From contig NC_073387.1 of NCBI RefSeq assembly GCF_028641065.1, forward strand, positions 37,820,001-37,884,000: DNA of 64,000 bases. The letters run 5' to 3'. The stretch's first letter is position 1. Every line of letters begins with the position of its first letter. Below the pieces are notes generated by a model that made no database searches, was not told the DNA's origin, and saw only the letters and a list, made by a program, of their open reading frames with translations. A program made the translations under genes and the position numbers. Positions 12,230-23,222 of the stretch are shown piece after piece. The stretch is from Leucoraja erinacea (taxonomy: Eukaryota).

Positions 12230-13395
12230 ACTGTTTCCACTAGTGGGAGAGTCTGGGACTAGAGGTCATAACTTCAGAATGGAAGGATGTTCTTTTAGGA
12301 AGGAGATGAGGAGAAATTTATTTAGTCATAGGGTGATGAATCTGTGGAATTATTTGCCGCAGAGGCTGTGGAAGCCAAGTCAGTGGATGTTTTTTAAGCA
12401 GAAATAGATTTGAGTGGTGGCGCGACTCGCGTTGCAGCGGCCCCTACAGCCTTTCTGTCTTTTTTTTAATTTTTTGGCTAGTTAAATGTAGTTGTTCATG
12501 TTTTTTTAAAACTGTTTTTAACTGTGTATATGTGGGGGGCGGTGGGGGGAGGGGGAAAATTTTAAAAATCTCTTCCCTGCATGGGAGACCCGACCTTTTC
12601 CCTGTCGGGTCTCCGTTGTCGTTGGGGCCTAGCACCGTGGAGCGGCCTCCAACCGGAACGACCTGGGGGCTCCAGTCGTGGAGTCTGCGGTGCTGCGGAC
12701 TACTCACCATCATGGGGCTGGCCAGCCTCGGAGCGTGGGGAGCGGTGGTGGCTCGCTGCTGCGGCCCGACTACGGAGCTCGGAGGCTCCAGCTGCAGACC
12801 TGTGGACTGTGACATCGAGAGCTCGCGGGTCCGGGTGGGAGACCACTTTTCGGAGCTCCCGCAATGCAACTTCTCCAGCCCGTGTCGCGTGGTTGGAACG
12901 ACCCGGAGCGGGGCCGTACATCGCCCAGCGCGGCTTTAGTGACCGCGGGACATTCCAGCGCCCGCCGGGGGCTCCAACTTTGTGACTTTTGGGCCTAGAG
13001 CAGGGCCGTACATCGCCCGGTGCGGCCTTAAATGGCCATCGGACTTATCAGATTCAGATTCAGATTCAATTTTAATGGCCATTGTCAGTGTACAGTACAG
13101 AGACAACGAAATGCGAAATCATCGCCCACCTGGGGCTTCGACATCAGGAGAGAAATGGTGCAGGGGAGAGAAAATACTTTGCCTTCCATCACAGTGAGGA
13201 GGAGATTCACTGTGATGGATGTTTGTGTAAATTGTGTGTCTTGTAGGAATTGTTTCTTGATTAGTACAGGTGTCAGAGGTTATGGGGAGAAGGCAGGAGA
13301 ATGGGGTTAGGAGGGAGAGATGGATCAGTTATCATTGAATGGCGTAGACATGATGGGCAGAAAGGCCTAATTCTACTCCTATTCCTTATGACCTC
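12230..13395 (+). mobile_element. Older CR1 3' end split by a GC-rich insertion
   Basis: CR1 3' sequence stops at ~12409 and resumes at ~13253 (ttcttgattagtacagg...). Confidence 0.75.
12410..13250. mobile_element. Unclassified GC/CpG-rich non-coding insertion
   Basis: Cleanly interrupts a CR1; has internal hairpins and direct repeats; contains a small reversed LINE tail (gattca)n at ~13048-13115. Confidence 0.6.
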
Positions 13396-14852
13396 ATGGC
13401 CAAGATGACAGATGGCTACCCCTGCAGGATGTTGCCAGGAAGGTGTCTGCAAAGATGTATACAGTCCAACAATACTTGTCCTTCAAGGTGTGGAGTGGAG
13501 ATTAGCACCATTCAATCTCAATTACTTACAGCAATGGAGTCATCAGCCATGATTAATAAATTACTCACTCCCTCTCCATTCAGTCTGACATAGCGTTGTT
13601 ACAAAATGCATAAAATATGGAGAGAAAATTCACAAGGATGAGAGCAGCAAATACTCAGGAATGGGAACAGAATGTGGATATCAATAATTTAAAAAATGGA
13701 AAGGAAATCCCAACCGTCAGGTAACATTAGGGGCATGGTAACATAGAGACACTGCAGGGGTGTGCAACATTGATCTAGAATCCCACCATAGCAGCTGCAT
13801 AAGCTAGATTCAAGTAATTAAGATAAAATCTAATGAAAGCTGTAAAACTACCGGATCTTTGCAAAAATCCATCTGGTTTGTTCATGTCCTGCTGCGAAGA
13901 AAATATGTCATCCTTATTCAACTTAGCCTTGATGAAACTCCATAAGCACTGGCATAGTTTGTTTTTAAGTGCATTTTATAATAGCTGACTATCTATTTAG
14001 TATGAACAATTTGAAATGGAATGTAAATTCTTGCCTCAGCAATGCCCAAATTCAAAGACCAAATATAAAGATGAATTATTGATAATCCAAATGAAGTGGA
14101 AGAAAACATAAATTGAACAGAGCTCTGGAATAGTGCAGATTTAACACTGAAAATAATGTTCACCGGTTTTTTTTTTACCAAAGACTGGTTGGCTTGCATT
14201 TTTTTATACCACCATGAATCAAGATTGTGAAAGAATAACATGATATGGAAAAAAAAAATCTAATTTCTTTCTCACATGCCTTGCTGGATCTTGGCATAGG
14301 TGCAGAAAATACTTTGTCAATTACATTGCCTCCATCATGTCTGGAGGTAAAAGCAAGTCATTCACAGTGTTGTAATCATTTATCCAACATTTTAATAAAA
14401 TAGATAACACAAGAGTGGGAAGCAGCCAGCTATTTGTCCGGCTAACTGATCAGACTTCACTCCATTTAATGGTATTGTAGATGTTGTGAACGTTTTCAGG
14501 TAATACAGAAAATGCTGAACCATGTGCTTGTGCAATCTTGGAATATCTAGATGCATCATTTGCTGTCTTCCTTAACTTGCCTTTTTACCGTTTTTTGCTA
14601 TTACAGTTTAGTGCTGATCACAATGAAGGATTTTAGTGCCATATGATTACAATGCCTTCCAATTTCAATCAGAAATAGCTGACAGAACGCAAAATTAAAC
14701 ATAGCACTGCTATTTACACAAAGCAAATCCCGTTTCTCCATCAGCCTGTTAACGTTATGCTGCAGCAATATATTCACCTGCTTCAAGGAAAAATTCCAAA
14801 ATCTGGACATTTACTATTTAATGCTTCATTACTCTACAACTTAATTACATTA

Positions 14853-15110
14853 AAGGCCTGTCCCACTTACGTGATTTACCTGTCAAAGTCGCAGCAGGTC
14901 GGCGAAAAATTTCAACATGTTGAAAATCCAGCGGCGACCAGAAAAAGGTATGACTCTTTGAGCGACTACTCACGACCATACAGGCGTCACCCCCCTGACC
15001 ATTTTCTGGTCACCGCTGGATTTTCAACATGTTGAAATTTTTCGGAGACCTGCTGCCGAATTTCGGTGCCGGCAAGTTGCCGAAAAAATCGCGTCAGTGG
15101 GACAGGCCCT
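14853..15110. mobile_element. PIF/Harbinger-type MITE
   Basis: TIR A(A/G)GGCCTGTCCCACT at both ends; TTA TSD at 14850-14852 and 15111-15113; ~55-bp internal inverted repeat. Confidence 0.88.
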
Positions 15111-15699
15111 TTACTTCGCAAGGAAACTTTCTGACAAGAAGCTATAGGATCAAGAGATGAATGACAAAACAGCAGCAAAGATACATTTTTCATTTTGTTT
15201 TCCTCTCTTGTCCTTTCATTTAATGTGCAAAATTATATAGGACATTCAAGCAAGGTCAGGATTGACTCAGCCACTAAAGATGACGATGAGAAATGCTTTC
15301 CCTCAGAGGGTCATGAACCTTTAACCTGAGAGTCCAGTGGATGCCAATTCTGCAAAGCTAAAATAGATTGACTTCAGGGAATCAATTGTTCCTGTGATTA
15401 AAAAAAGGAAAATAGTGTTTGAAGCCAAGGGTCAGATCAGCCATGATCTGATCATATGGCCTTGCAGGCACAAGGGAATTTATAGCCATCCTACCTAAGT
15501 TCTTATGATGTCCTCCCTCAGATTGTCAGTCCAACTAAATCCTTCAATATGCACCAAACAACACACAGTAAACAGTAACAAACTGTAGCTATCCCATAGT
15601 TGCAACTATCCATGAATTGTCCTGATTTTGTTTGTGTGGGTTCAAGGGAATGATTCAAAACATTACAATCGGTCTTTCTAGCTCTTTACTGAATTCTGG

Positions 15700-16925
15700 T
15701 TAGTTTGATAAGGGAGAACCAGTGGATGTGTTATATCTGGACTTCCAGAAGGCTTTCGACAAGGTCCCACATAAGAGATTAATATGCAAACTTAAAGCAC
15801 ATGGTATTGGGGGTTCAGTATTAATGTGGATAGAGAACTGGCTGGCAAACAGGAAGCAAAGAGTAGGAGTAAACGGGTCCTTTTCAGAATGGCAGGCAGT
15901 GACTAGTGGGGTACCGCAAGGCTCAGTGCTGAGACCCCAGCTATTTACAATATATATTAATGATTTGGACGAGGGAATTGAATGCAACATCTCCAAGTTT
16001 GCGGATGACACGAAGCTGGGGGGCAGTGTTAGCTGTGAGGAGGATACTAGGAGACTGCAATGTGACTTGGATAGGTTGGGTGAGTGCGCAAATGCATGGC
16101 TGATGCAGTATAATGTGAATAAATGTGAGGTTATCCACTTTGGTGGCAAGAACAGAAAGTGGACTAGTATATGAATGGTGGACGATTAGGAAAAGGGAAG
16201 ATGCAACGAGACCTGAGTGTCATGGTAAACCAGTCATTGAAAGTAGGCATGCAGGTGCAGCAGGCAGTGAAGAAAGTGAATGGTATGCTAGCATTCATAG
16301 CAAAAGGATTTGAGTATAGGAGCAGGGAGGTTCTGCTGCAGTTGTACAGGGCCTTGGTGAGACCGCACCTGGAGTATTGTGTACAGTTTTGGTCTCCTAA
16401 TCTGAAGAAAGACATTCTTGCCATAGAGGGAGTACAGAGAAGGTTCACCAGACTGATTCCTGGGATGGCAGGACTTTCATATGAAGAAAGACTGGATAGA
16501 CTCGGCTTGTACTTGCTAGAATTTAGAAGATTGAGGGGGGATCTTATAGAAACTTATAAAATTCTTAAGGGGTTGGACAGGCTGGTTGCAGGAAGATTGT
16601 TCCTGATGTTGGGGATGTCCAGAATAGGGGGTCACAGTTTAAAGATAATGGGGAAGTCTTTTAGGACCGAGATGAGAAAAAAAAAATTCACAAAGAGAGT
16701 GTTGAATCTGTGGAATTCTCTGCCACAGAAGGTAATTGAGGCCAGTTCACTGGCTATATTTAAGAGGGAGTTAGATGTGGCCCTTGTGGCTAAAGGGATC
16801 AGAGGGTATGGATAGAAGGCAGGTACAGGATACTGAGTTGGATGATCAGCCATATTGAATGGCGGTGCAGGCTCAAATGGCCGATTGGCCTACTCCTGAA
16901 CCTATTTACTATGTTTCTATGTTTG
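15700..16925 (+). mobile_element. CR1 (HER1-like) LINE, 5'-truncated RT with frameshift
   Basis: [41 protein letters not shown]; (tttctatg)n tail. Confidence 0.95.
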
Positions 16926-18929
16926 TCTGTCTAGCCCCAGTTAGAATGGATTAGATAAGCATGTTGATCACTATGTTATCTGCAGCACCAAAGTGTGTGA
17001 GAAATAAATGCAAACAGGGGAACCATGATGTTACACTGCCTTGCCCCATCATACTCAATAAAACGTTAAAACATTGGCTTCAAACTGTGACAATGGTTTA
17101 AAGGTGAGAAAAACACAGAAACACTTCAACTCTCTCCACTGATTTACTTGATGTGGGTGTACACAATTAGAAAATAATATGCAGGACAAGCAAGAATGGT
17201 TTCAGATGAATACAGAAAATATAATTATGACATGGAAACAAATTAATATCTGCTTTATGCAATGGAACTGCTGGGGAAAAATAGCATCAATGTCTGCAAC
17301 AGGTTTATCTCCAATCTATTTTTTGATTGAAGAATGGGGAATTAACAATTCCCAGTTGCCTGGTGCCTGGTGTTGCTATGGCAGGCTGCTTTGATTTCCT
17401 CCTATGCTTCCCCTGAGATATTTGTCAAAGAATCAGATTCGCTGCAAGATAAACTTTAACTATAAGCGCAGAAATTAGTTGCATCAGCTCTTGAGACTGC
17501 CAGAATTTTTTTTTTAGCTCATAAATAGCAGGAGTAGGAAAAGGCAGCAGTTTGAGAACATAAATGCATTTTCATGCCACACCTGAATATTGGCAGGTCT
17601 CAGATCTCACATCTAGTTAGATGGAGAAGTTTATGCTTTTTTAGAAACATATTAAGATGTTCATTATCACAAGGTTAAATAATATTAAAATCCTCAGCTT
17701 TCCTTGTATACACAATTCTCTTAGGATATTCTAACACTGAAGAAATTACATTGAAGCAGATTTTATTTTTCAACCCGCTAATGATTTTACATTTTCATCT
17801 CATGTGTAACATATTTTCCGGACTGTAACATATTTGCATTTTAAAGTCCCTCAGCCAAGCTTCAATTGATACAATCTATTCCCGTATTTTATTCAATGCA
17901 GTTAAATTAAATCCATGTTTTATATCATGCTTAATGAGTTTTCTGTATTGTTTCCTTGACCTGCATTGTTTTCTGTATTGTTTCCATCAATCCCACAGAA
18001 CACTGTTTCAAAATAATTTCAAAATAATCAACCTGCCGCAAATGCCTTTCTGAACGTACCTTTTTATGGTTTTGAAATGTTGTGGATATTTGAAATACAT
18101 ATTTCAATATGATGTTTGTTCTTTCCCATGTAATAACAATACCTTTAACATTTAGAGTACTACAGCCGGCAGTTGAAAACTGAAATGGAAATACCGGAAT
18201 GCACTTGGAATTCAGTTTAATAAATGTCCAGTTTCTGATGGTTCCGTTATCATTCTCAAAGCATTATTGTTTCTGTTTTATTGAAGTTTGGTTTTTCAAC
18301 CTATACTCGGTTACAATACAAAAATTGCCACTACTGCCAAGTCAATCTTTTAGGTTACCAAATATTCTAGTAAGATTTCCTTTCTTTTAAATATTAAAAT
18401 GCACACATTATTTAACTAATTTTACAGCAAGTTAAATGTATTGTGCTATTGTAATATCGATATTTTATCATGACACATAATGTTTAATATTGCTACTAAA
18501 GTAATATTTACACTTGGAGATTATATATTCTTTGACTGTGTTGCCTGTATTTTCAAAGAACATTGTATTTTTTTTTTTTTTTCACCACTTTTCTTATTTA
18601 AAAAAATAATTAGACTCCATTTGGGAGGCATTTACTGGCATATATGAATGTTGATGTCCTTGTCAGGAAAATATCCTAACTGGCTGACTGATGAGTTCTA
18701 TTTGAAGGTCATCTCTGAAGGCTAACCCAACCCCAATCATCCACTATATTAGTTGATTTTGTTTTGTTTTTTAACCCTGTTGTCTTTTGTCTGTTGACAG
18801 TTTCATGGATTTATCCATTGCAACTTAAATCTCTTTCTCTACTTCTGTCATTGTTTCACCTAACGTTTCCTTTTATCATTCCTCATGTGGCTTCCACAAT
18901 CATTGCATTATCAACATTGAACTGAGTCT

Positions 18930-21900
18930 TAATAAGTAAACGAAAAAGGCAAAACAAGACGTACTCAACTCATTCTGCTAATTTATCGAATTTAGCACCC
19001 ATTCCTCATCAGCCACAGCCAGCAGATAATGATTTTAACACACTAAACCTAGCTTTATTAAATGTCAGGTCTTTGGCAGGAAAAACATTTTTAATCAATT
19101 ATTTTATTATCAGGCACGATCTTGATTGTTTGTTCTTAACTGAAACCTGGTTAGATCAAAACAACAGTGCTGCTGTTCTTATTGAATCAACTCCTCCCAA
19201 CTTCAGTTTTATAAGTGAGGCCAAGTGCATAAGAAAGGAGGAGGAGTGGCTGTTCTGTTTAATGATTCCCTCCAATGCAAGCAGATATCTTATGGAAACT
19301 TTGCCTCCTTTGACTATGTGGCTGTTAAGTTGAACTCTTCTTCCCGAGTTATGTTCCTAAATGTCTACAGGCCACCTAAATACTGTGCAGCCTTTTTTGA
19401 CAAATTTTCTGAACTACTGTCTACAATCTATATTGACTTTGACTGTGTAGTTATTGGTGGTGATTTTAACATTCAGGTTGACAAACTCCATGACAAAGGA
19501 ACTAAAGAATTGTATTGTGTCATTGATAACTATGGACTGAATCAGCATGTGACGGAGCCCACAAACAACAAAAGTCACACTCTGGACTTAGTCATGTCCA
19601 AGGGTGTTAGCATTTCTAAGGTTGTTGTGATTGATGCTGCCCTCTCTGGTCATTCCTGTGTTTTCTTTGAGAGTGCTATCTCTGTGCAGGCTAATGTTCA
19701 AAGAAAAGTAATCACAAAACGGTACATAACGGAAAACACCTGTGGAAATTTTTCAGGCTTTTTCAGGCTTTCTCCTCCACGCTCACTCTCCCTTGGGTCT
19801 CAGTAAATGAGCTTGTCGATAATTTCAATGTGAAAATTACAAATATTATTGATGCCATTGCACCCACTAAGGTGAAAGTGGTCCCTGGCAAAAAGAAGTC
19901 TCCACAGAGAAACGCCACATTGTTAAAAATTGAAAAAAGAGAGAGTGTCGGAAAGCTGAACATAGGTGGCGGAAAACAAATCTCCAGGTTCACTATTACA
20001 TCTATAAAGAAAGACTTCAAATCTACAACTTGGAACTGAGAAATGCAAAAATCTTCTTCTCTGACATCATTGTCAAAAACAATAATAATGCACGGGCCTT
20101 GTTTACTACTATCGACAGGCTAACAAACCCTCCTGTGTCAGTAGCCCCTGAACTGCTTTCCACAAGGGCCTTTAATGCATTTACCTCCTTCTTCACCGAC
20201 AAAATTCAGAAAATTAGGCAAGCAGTCAGTGCCTCCACATCAGGTGCAGGACATGTGTTGTCCATGTGTCCACTTATAATCAATTCAAATACCATGACAC
20301 AATTTTATGTTATTAACCATAAAACCTTGGAGGACATTATACAACATTTGAAATCCTCCTCCTGCTGCCTCGATATTCTACCAACAGGCCTTTTCAAAGG
20401 TGTATCAAACTGCATGACCTCAGACCTTCTACAGATTGTAAACACGTCCCTTCTCTCAGGTGTCTTCCCACAGGCCCTGAAAACTGCTGTTATCAAGCCT
20501 CTCTTACAAGAGAAGAACTTAGACACTTCACTACTGAACAATTACAGACCAATATCAAACCTCCCATTTCTCAGTAAAATCATTGAAAAAGCTGTTTTTA
20601 AGCAGCTGAACAATTTCATGTTAATGAACAGCTGTTTTGATGTCTTCCAGTCAGGATTTAGACCACACCACAGCACCGAGACGACTCTTGTTAAGGTCTT
20701 CAATGACATTCACTTAAACACAGACAATGGCAAAATTTCAGTCTTAGTATTACTAGATCTCAGTGCTGCATTCGACACAGTCGATCACAACATATTACTA
20801 GACCGTCTAGAAAACTGGGTGGGACTTTCGGGCACAGCATTAAAATGGTTTAAATCCTACTTGAAAGGCAGGGACTACTTTGTGTCTATAGGTAATTACA
20901 CATCTGAGCGTGCAAAAATTATATGTGGCGTTCCCCATGGCTCCATTCTGGGGCCTCTTCTGTTTAACATCTACATGCTTCCACTGGCTCAGATCATGAA
21001 AAACATCAAAATATGTTACCATAGTTACGCAGACGACACACAAATCTACATAACAATATCACCAGGAGACTATAGTCCAATACAAGCACTGAGTAGATGC
21101 ATTGAGCAAATCAACGATTGGATGAACCAGAATTTTCTCCAATTAAACAAAGAAAAAACTGAAATAATTGTTTTTGGAGCCAAGGAAGAACGATTAAAAG
21201 TTAGCACCCAGCTTCAAATGGTAATGCTAAAAACAACAAACCAAGCCAGAAACTTAGGAGTAGTCATGGACTCAGACCTGAACTTCAACAGCCACATAAA
21301 AACAGTCACAAAGTCAGCCTACTATCACCTAAAGAATATATCAAGGATTAAAGGACTTATGTCTCAGCAGGATTTGGAAAAACTTGTCCATGCATTTATC
21401 TTCAGCAGGCTCGACTACTGTAACAGTGTCTTTACAGGTCTCCCTAAAAAGTCGATCAGACAGCTGCAGTTAATTCAGAACGCTGCTGCTCGAGTCCTCA
21501 CTAAGACCAAAAAAGTAGATCACATTACTCCAGTTCTGAGGTCTTTACACTGGCTTCCTGTCTGTCAAAGAATTGATTTCAAAATACTACTGTTGGTTTA
21601 CAAAGCACTGAATGGTTTAGGGCCAAAATATATTTCTGATCTTCTGCTTAGCTACGAACCACCCAGACCTCTCAGATCGTCTGGGACAGGTCTGCTCTGT
21701 GTCCCCAGAGTCAGAACTAAACATGGAGAGGCAGCATTTAGTTTTTATGCACCACATATCTGGAACAAACTCCCAGAAAACTGCAGGTCTGCTGCAACTC
21801 TCAGCTCTTTTAAATCTAGACTGAAGACTTTTCTGTTTGCTGCTGCCTTTCAGTAAACAATACAATTTATTAATTACCTATACTGCACTGTAACTTCTAT

Positions 21901-22116
21901 TCCTGGTTTAATTCTATTTTAAATATTTTATTTGATTGCTTTTAATTTTGTAATTCTTTTATCTGAATAATCTAATAATCGTTTTACATCTAAATGTCAT
22001 TTTATATGTGTTTCTTTCCAATGCTTTTAATGTTTTATGTAAAGCACTTTGAATTACCTTGTTGTTGAAAGGTGCTATACAAATAAACTTGCCTTGCCTT
22101 GCCTTGCCTTGCCTTG
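18930..22116 (+). mobile_element. L2 clade LINE, near-complete ORF2 (APE endonuclease + RT)
   Basis: LLNVRSL, LTETWL, VYRPP, GDFN, TLDLV endonuclease motifs with frameshifts; RT ORF; L2 3' end aagcactttg...aaggtgctatacaaataaa + (cttgc)n. Confidence 0.95.
20030..21856 (+). CDS. L2 reverse transcriptase domain, uninterrupted 608-codon frame
   Basis: NYRPISNLPFLSK, QSGFR, LDLSAAFDTVDH, GVPHGSILGP, YADD, LHWLPV. Confidence 0.92.
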   Translation: MELRNAKIFFSDIIVKNNNNARALFTTIDRLTNPPVSVAPELLSTRAFNAFTSFFTDKIQKIRQAVSASTSGAGHVLSMCPLIINSNTMTQFYVINHKTLEDIIQHLKSSSCCLDILPTGLFKGVSNCMTSDLLQIVNTSLLSGVFPQALKTAVIKPLLQEKNLDTSLLNNYRPISNLPFLSKIIEKAVFKQLNNFMLMNSCFDVFQSGFRPHHSTETTLVKVFNDIHLNTDNGKISVLVLLDLSAAFDTVDHNILLDRLENWVGLSGTALKWFKSYLKGRDYFVSIGNYTSERAKIICGVPHGSILGPLLFNIYMLPLAQIMKNIKICYHSYADDTQIYITISPGDYSPIQALSRCIEQINDWMNQNFLQLNKEKTEIIVFGAKEERLKVSTQLQMVMLKTTNQARNLGVVMDSDLNFNSHIKTVTKSAYYHLKNISRIKGLMSQQDLEKLVHAFIFSRLDYCNSVFTGLPKKSIRQLQLIQNAAARVLTKTKKVDHITPVLRSLHWLPVCQRIDFKILLLVYKALNGLGPKYISDLLLSYEPPRPLRSSGTGLLCVPRVRTKHGEAAFSFYAPHIWNKLPENCRSAATLSSFKSRLKTFLFAAAFQ

Positions 22117-22260
22117 ATGTTTTTATCAGCTGGCTTGATTTCATAAAGGTCATTTATGACTAAGATATAAATTTACAAATGTGATAAAATATAGAAACAG
22201 ACAGGAATGTACCTCAAGTGTTAAAAACCAAGAGTCAAGAGTGTTGAATTGTCGTATGAT

Positions 22261-22428
22261 TCTTCTTCTTGTGAATGAAACATAAACCAAAGGAATTGTT
22301 AGATCTCAAGCCGGGTGTTGAGCAACCAGGTTGTTGTCTCAGCGTCAATGTCTGCCAGGCCCTGAGCTCCATTTAGTGGGTGGTAGAGCGGGCACCCAGA
22401 GATTACATGATTGGCTGTCTGTTGTTGG
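22261..22428 (-). mobile_element. 3' end of a Vingi/Ingi- or RTE-X-like LINE
   Basis: QQTANHVISGCPLY...WLLNTRLEI* resembles a zinc-knuckle C-terminus; very short 3' UTR ending in (AAG)n. Confidence 0.65.
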
Positions 22429-22521
22429 ATCGACAACCGGACAATTAAATTTCCTACTTGCAGCCCATATATGCAATGCGCAGACAATAAAAAATGTTTT
22501 TAATTTAATAAATTTATAACC

Positions 22522-22573
22522 GGGGTCAAGGAAAGAGCGTTCACGTCGCAGCCCTGTTTTCACCAATCTTTCC
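22522..22573 (+). ncRNA. Minimal HDV-like (CPEB3-type) ribozyme motif
   Basis: P1 GGGGUC/AGCCCU (G1-U wobble), P2 GGAAAGA/UCUUUCC perfect, P3 GCG/CGC, L3 UUCACGU, J1/4 GU, J4/2 CCAA; no P4 stem. Confidence 0.8.
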
Positions 22574-22693
22574 ACCACCACACACAAGAAGCAAAAGAAG
22601 CGCAAGACAGACACCATTGTATGCAGATGCCGAGAAGTGTGTTCAGCTCTGGGAGAACAACTTCTAATCTTATGTGTGGACTCAATAAGAAGA
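22522..22693 (+). mobile_element. Ribozyme-headed short retroelement, copy 1
   Basis: Colinear end to end with 32857-33028 (-); HDV-like fold at the 5' end; ataagaaga tail. Confidence 0.85.
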
Positions 22694-23092
22694 GAAAAAC
22701 CACAATAATAATACAAAAATACCCCAAAGAGTGCAACCGAATACAGTCCATATTTCTGAAGTTAGTGTTACGTAATTTCCATGAACCCAATGATCGTTAG
22801 GAAAAAGGTTTTCTAGAACCTGGTAGTCACAGTTTTCAGGTTTCTACATCTTCCTACATCTTCTTCCTGATGGATATTAGAGAGTGGCCAGGGTGATGTA
22901 GATTTTTAATGGCTGTGCCACCTGTAGAGCATATAGAACAATAGATCGAGGCTGATCATTAAGATCTCAAAAAGCTAAAACCTTCCTCCTTGAGGAAACG
23001 GGGATAAATAATTATGCATGTCAATTCATAACAGTCAGAATGTATCAATTCAGGAAACATTCCTATCTACAAGCAGGTAGGGAGACTGTTGC

Positions 23093-23222
23093 GTTCAAGA
23101 AGGAACTGCAGATGCTGGAAAATCGAAGGTACACAAAAATGCTGGTGAAACTCAGCAGGTGCAGCAGTATCTATGGAGCGAAGGAAATAGGTAACGTTTC
23201 GGGCCGAAACCCGTCTTCAGAC
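23093..23222. mobile_element. Single-arm Penelope pseudo-LTR insertion
   Basis: Near-identical to 1265-1390; 8-bp TSD actgttgc at 23085-23092 and 23223-23230. Confidence 0.85.

Noticed and set aside
12444-12985. Overlapping 134-141 aa ORFs
   Set aside because: Expected in GC-rich DNA; no recognisable domain; lies within an insertion
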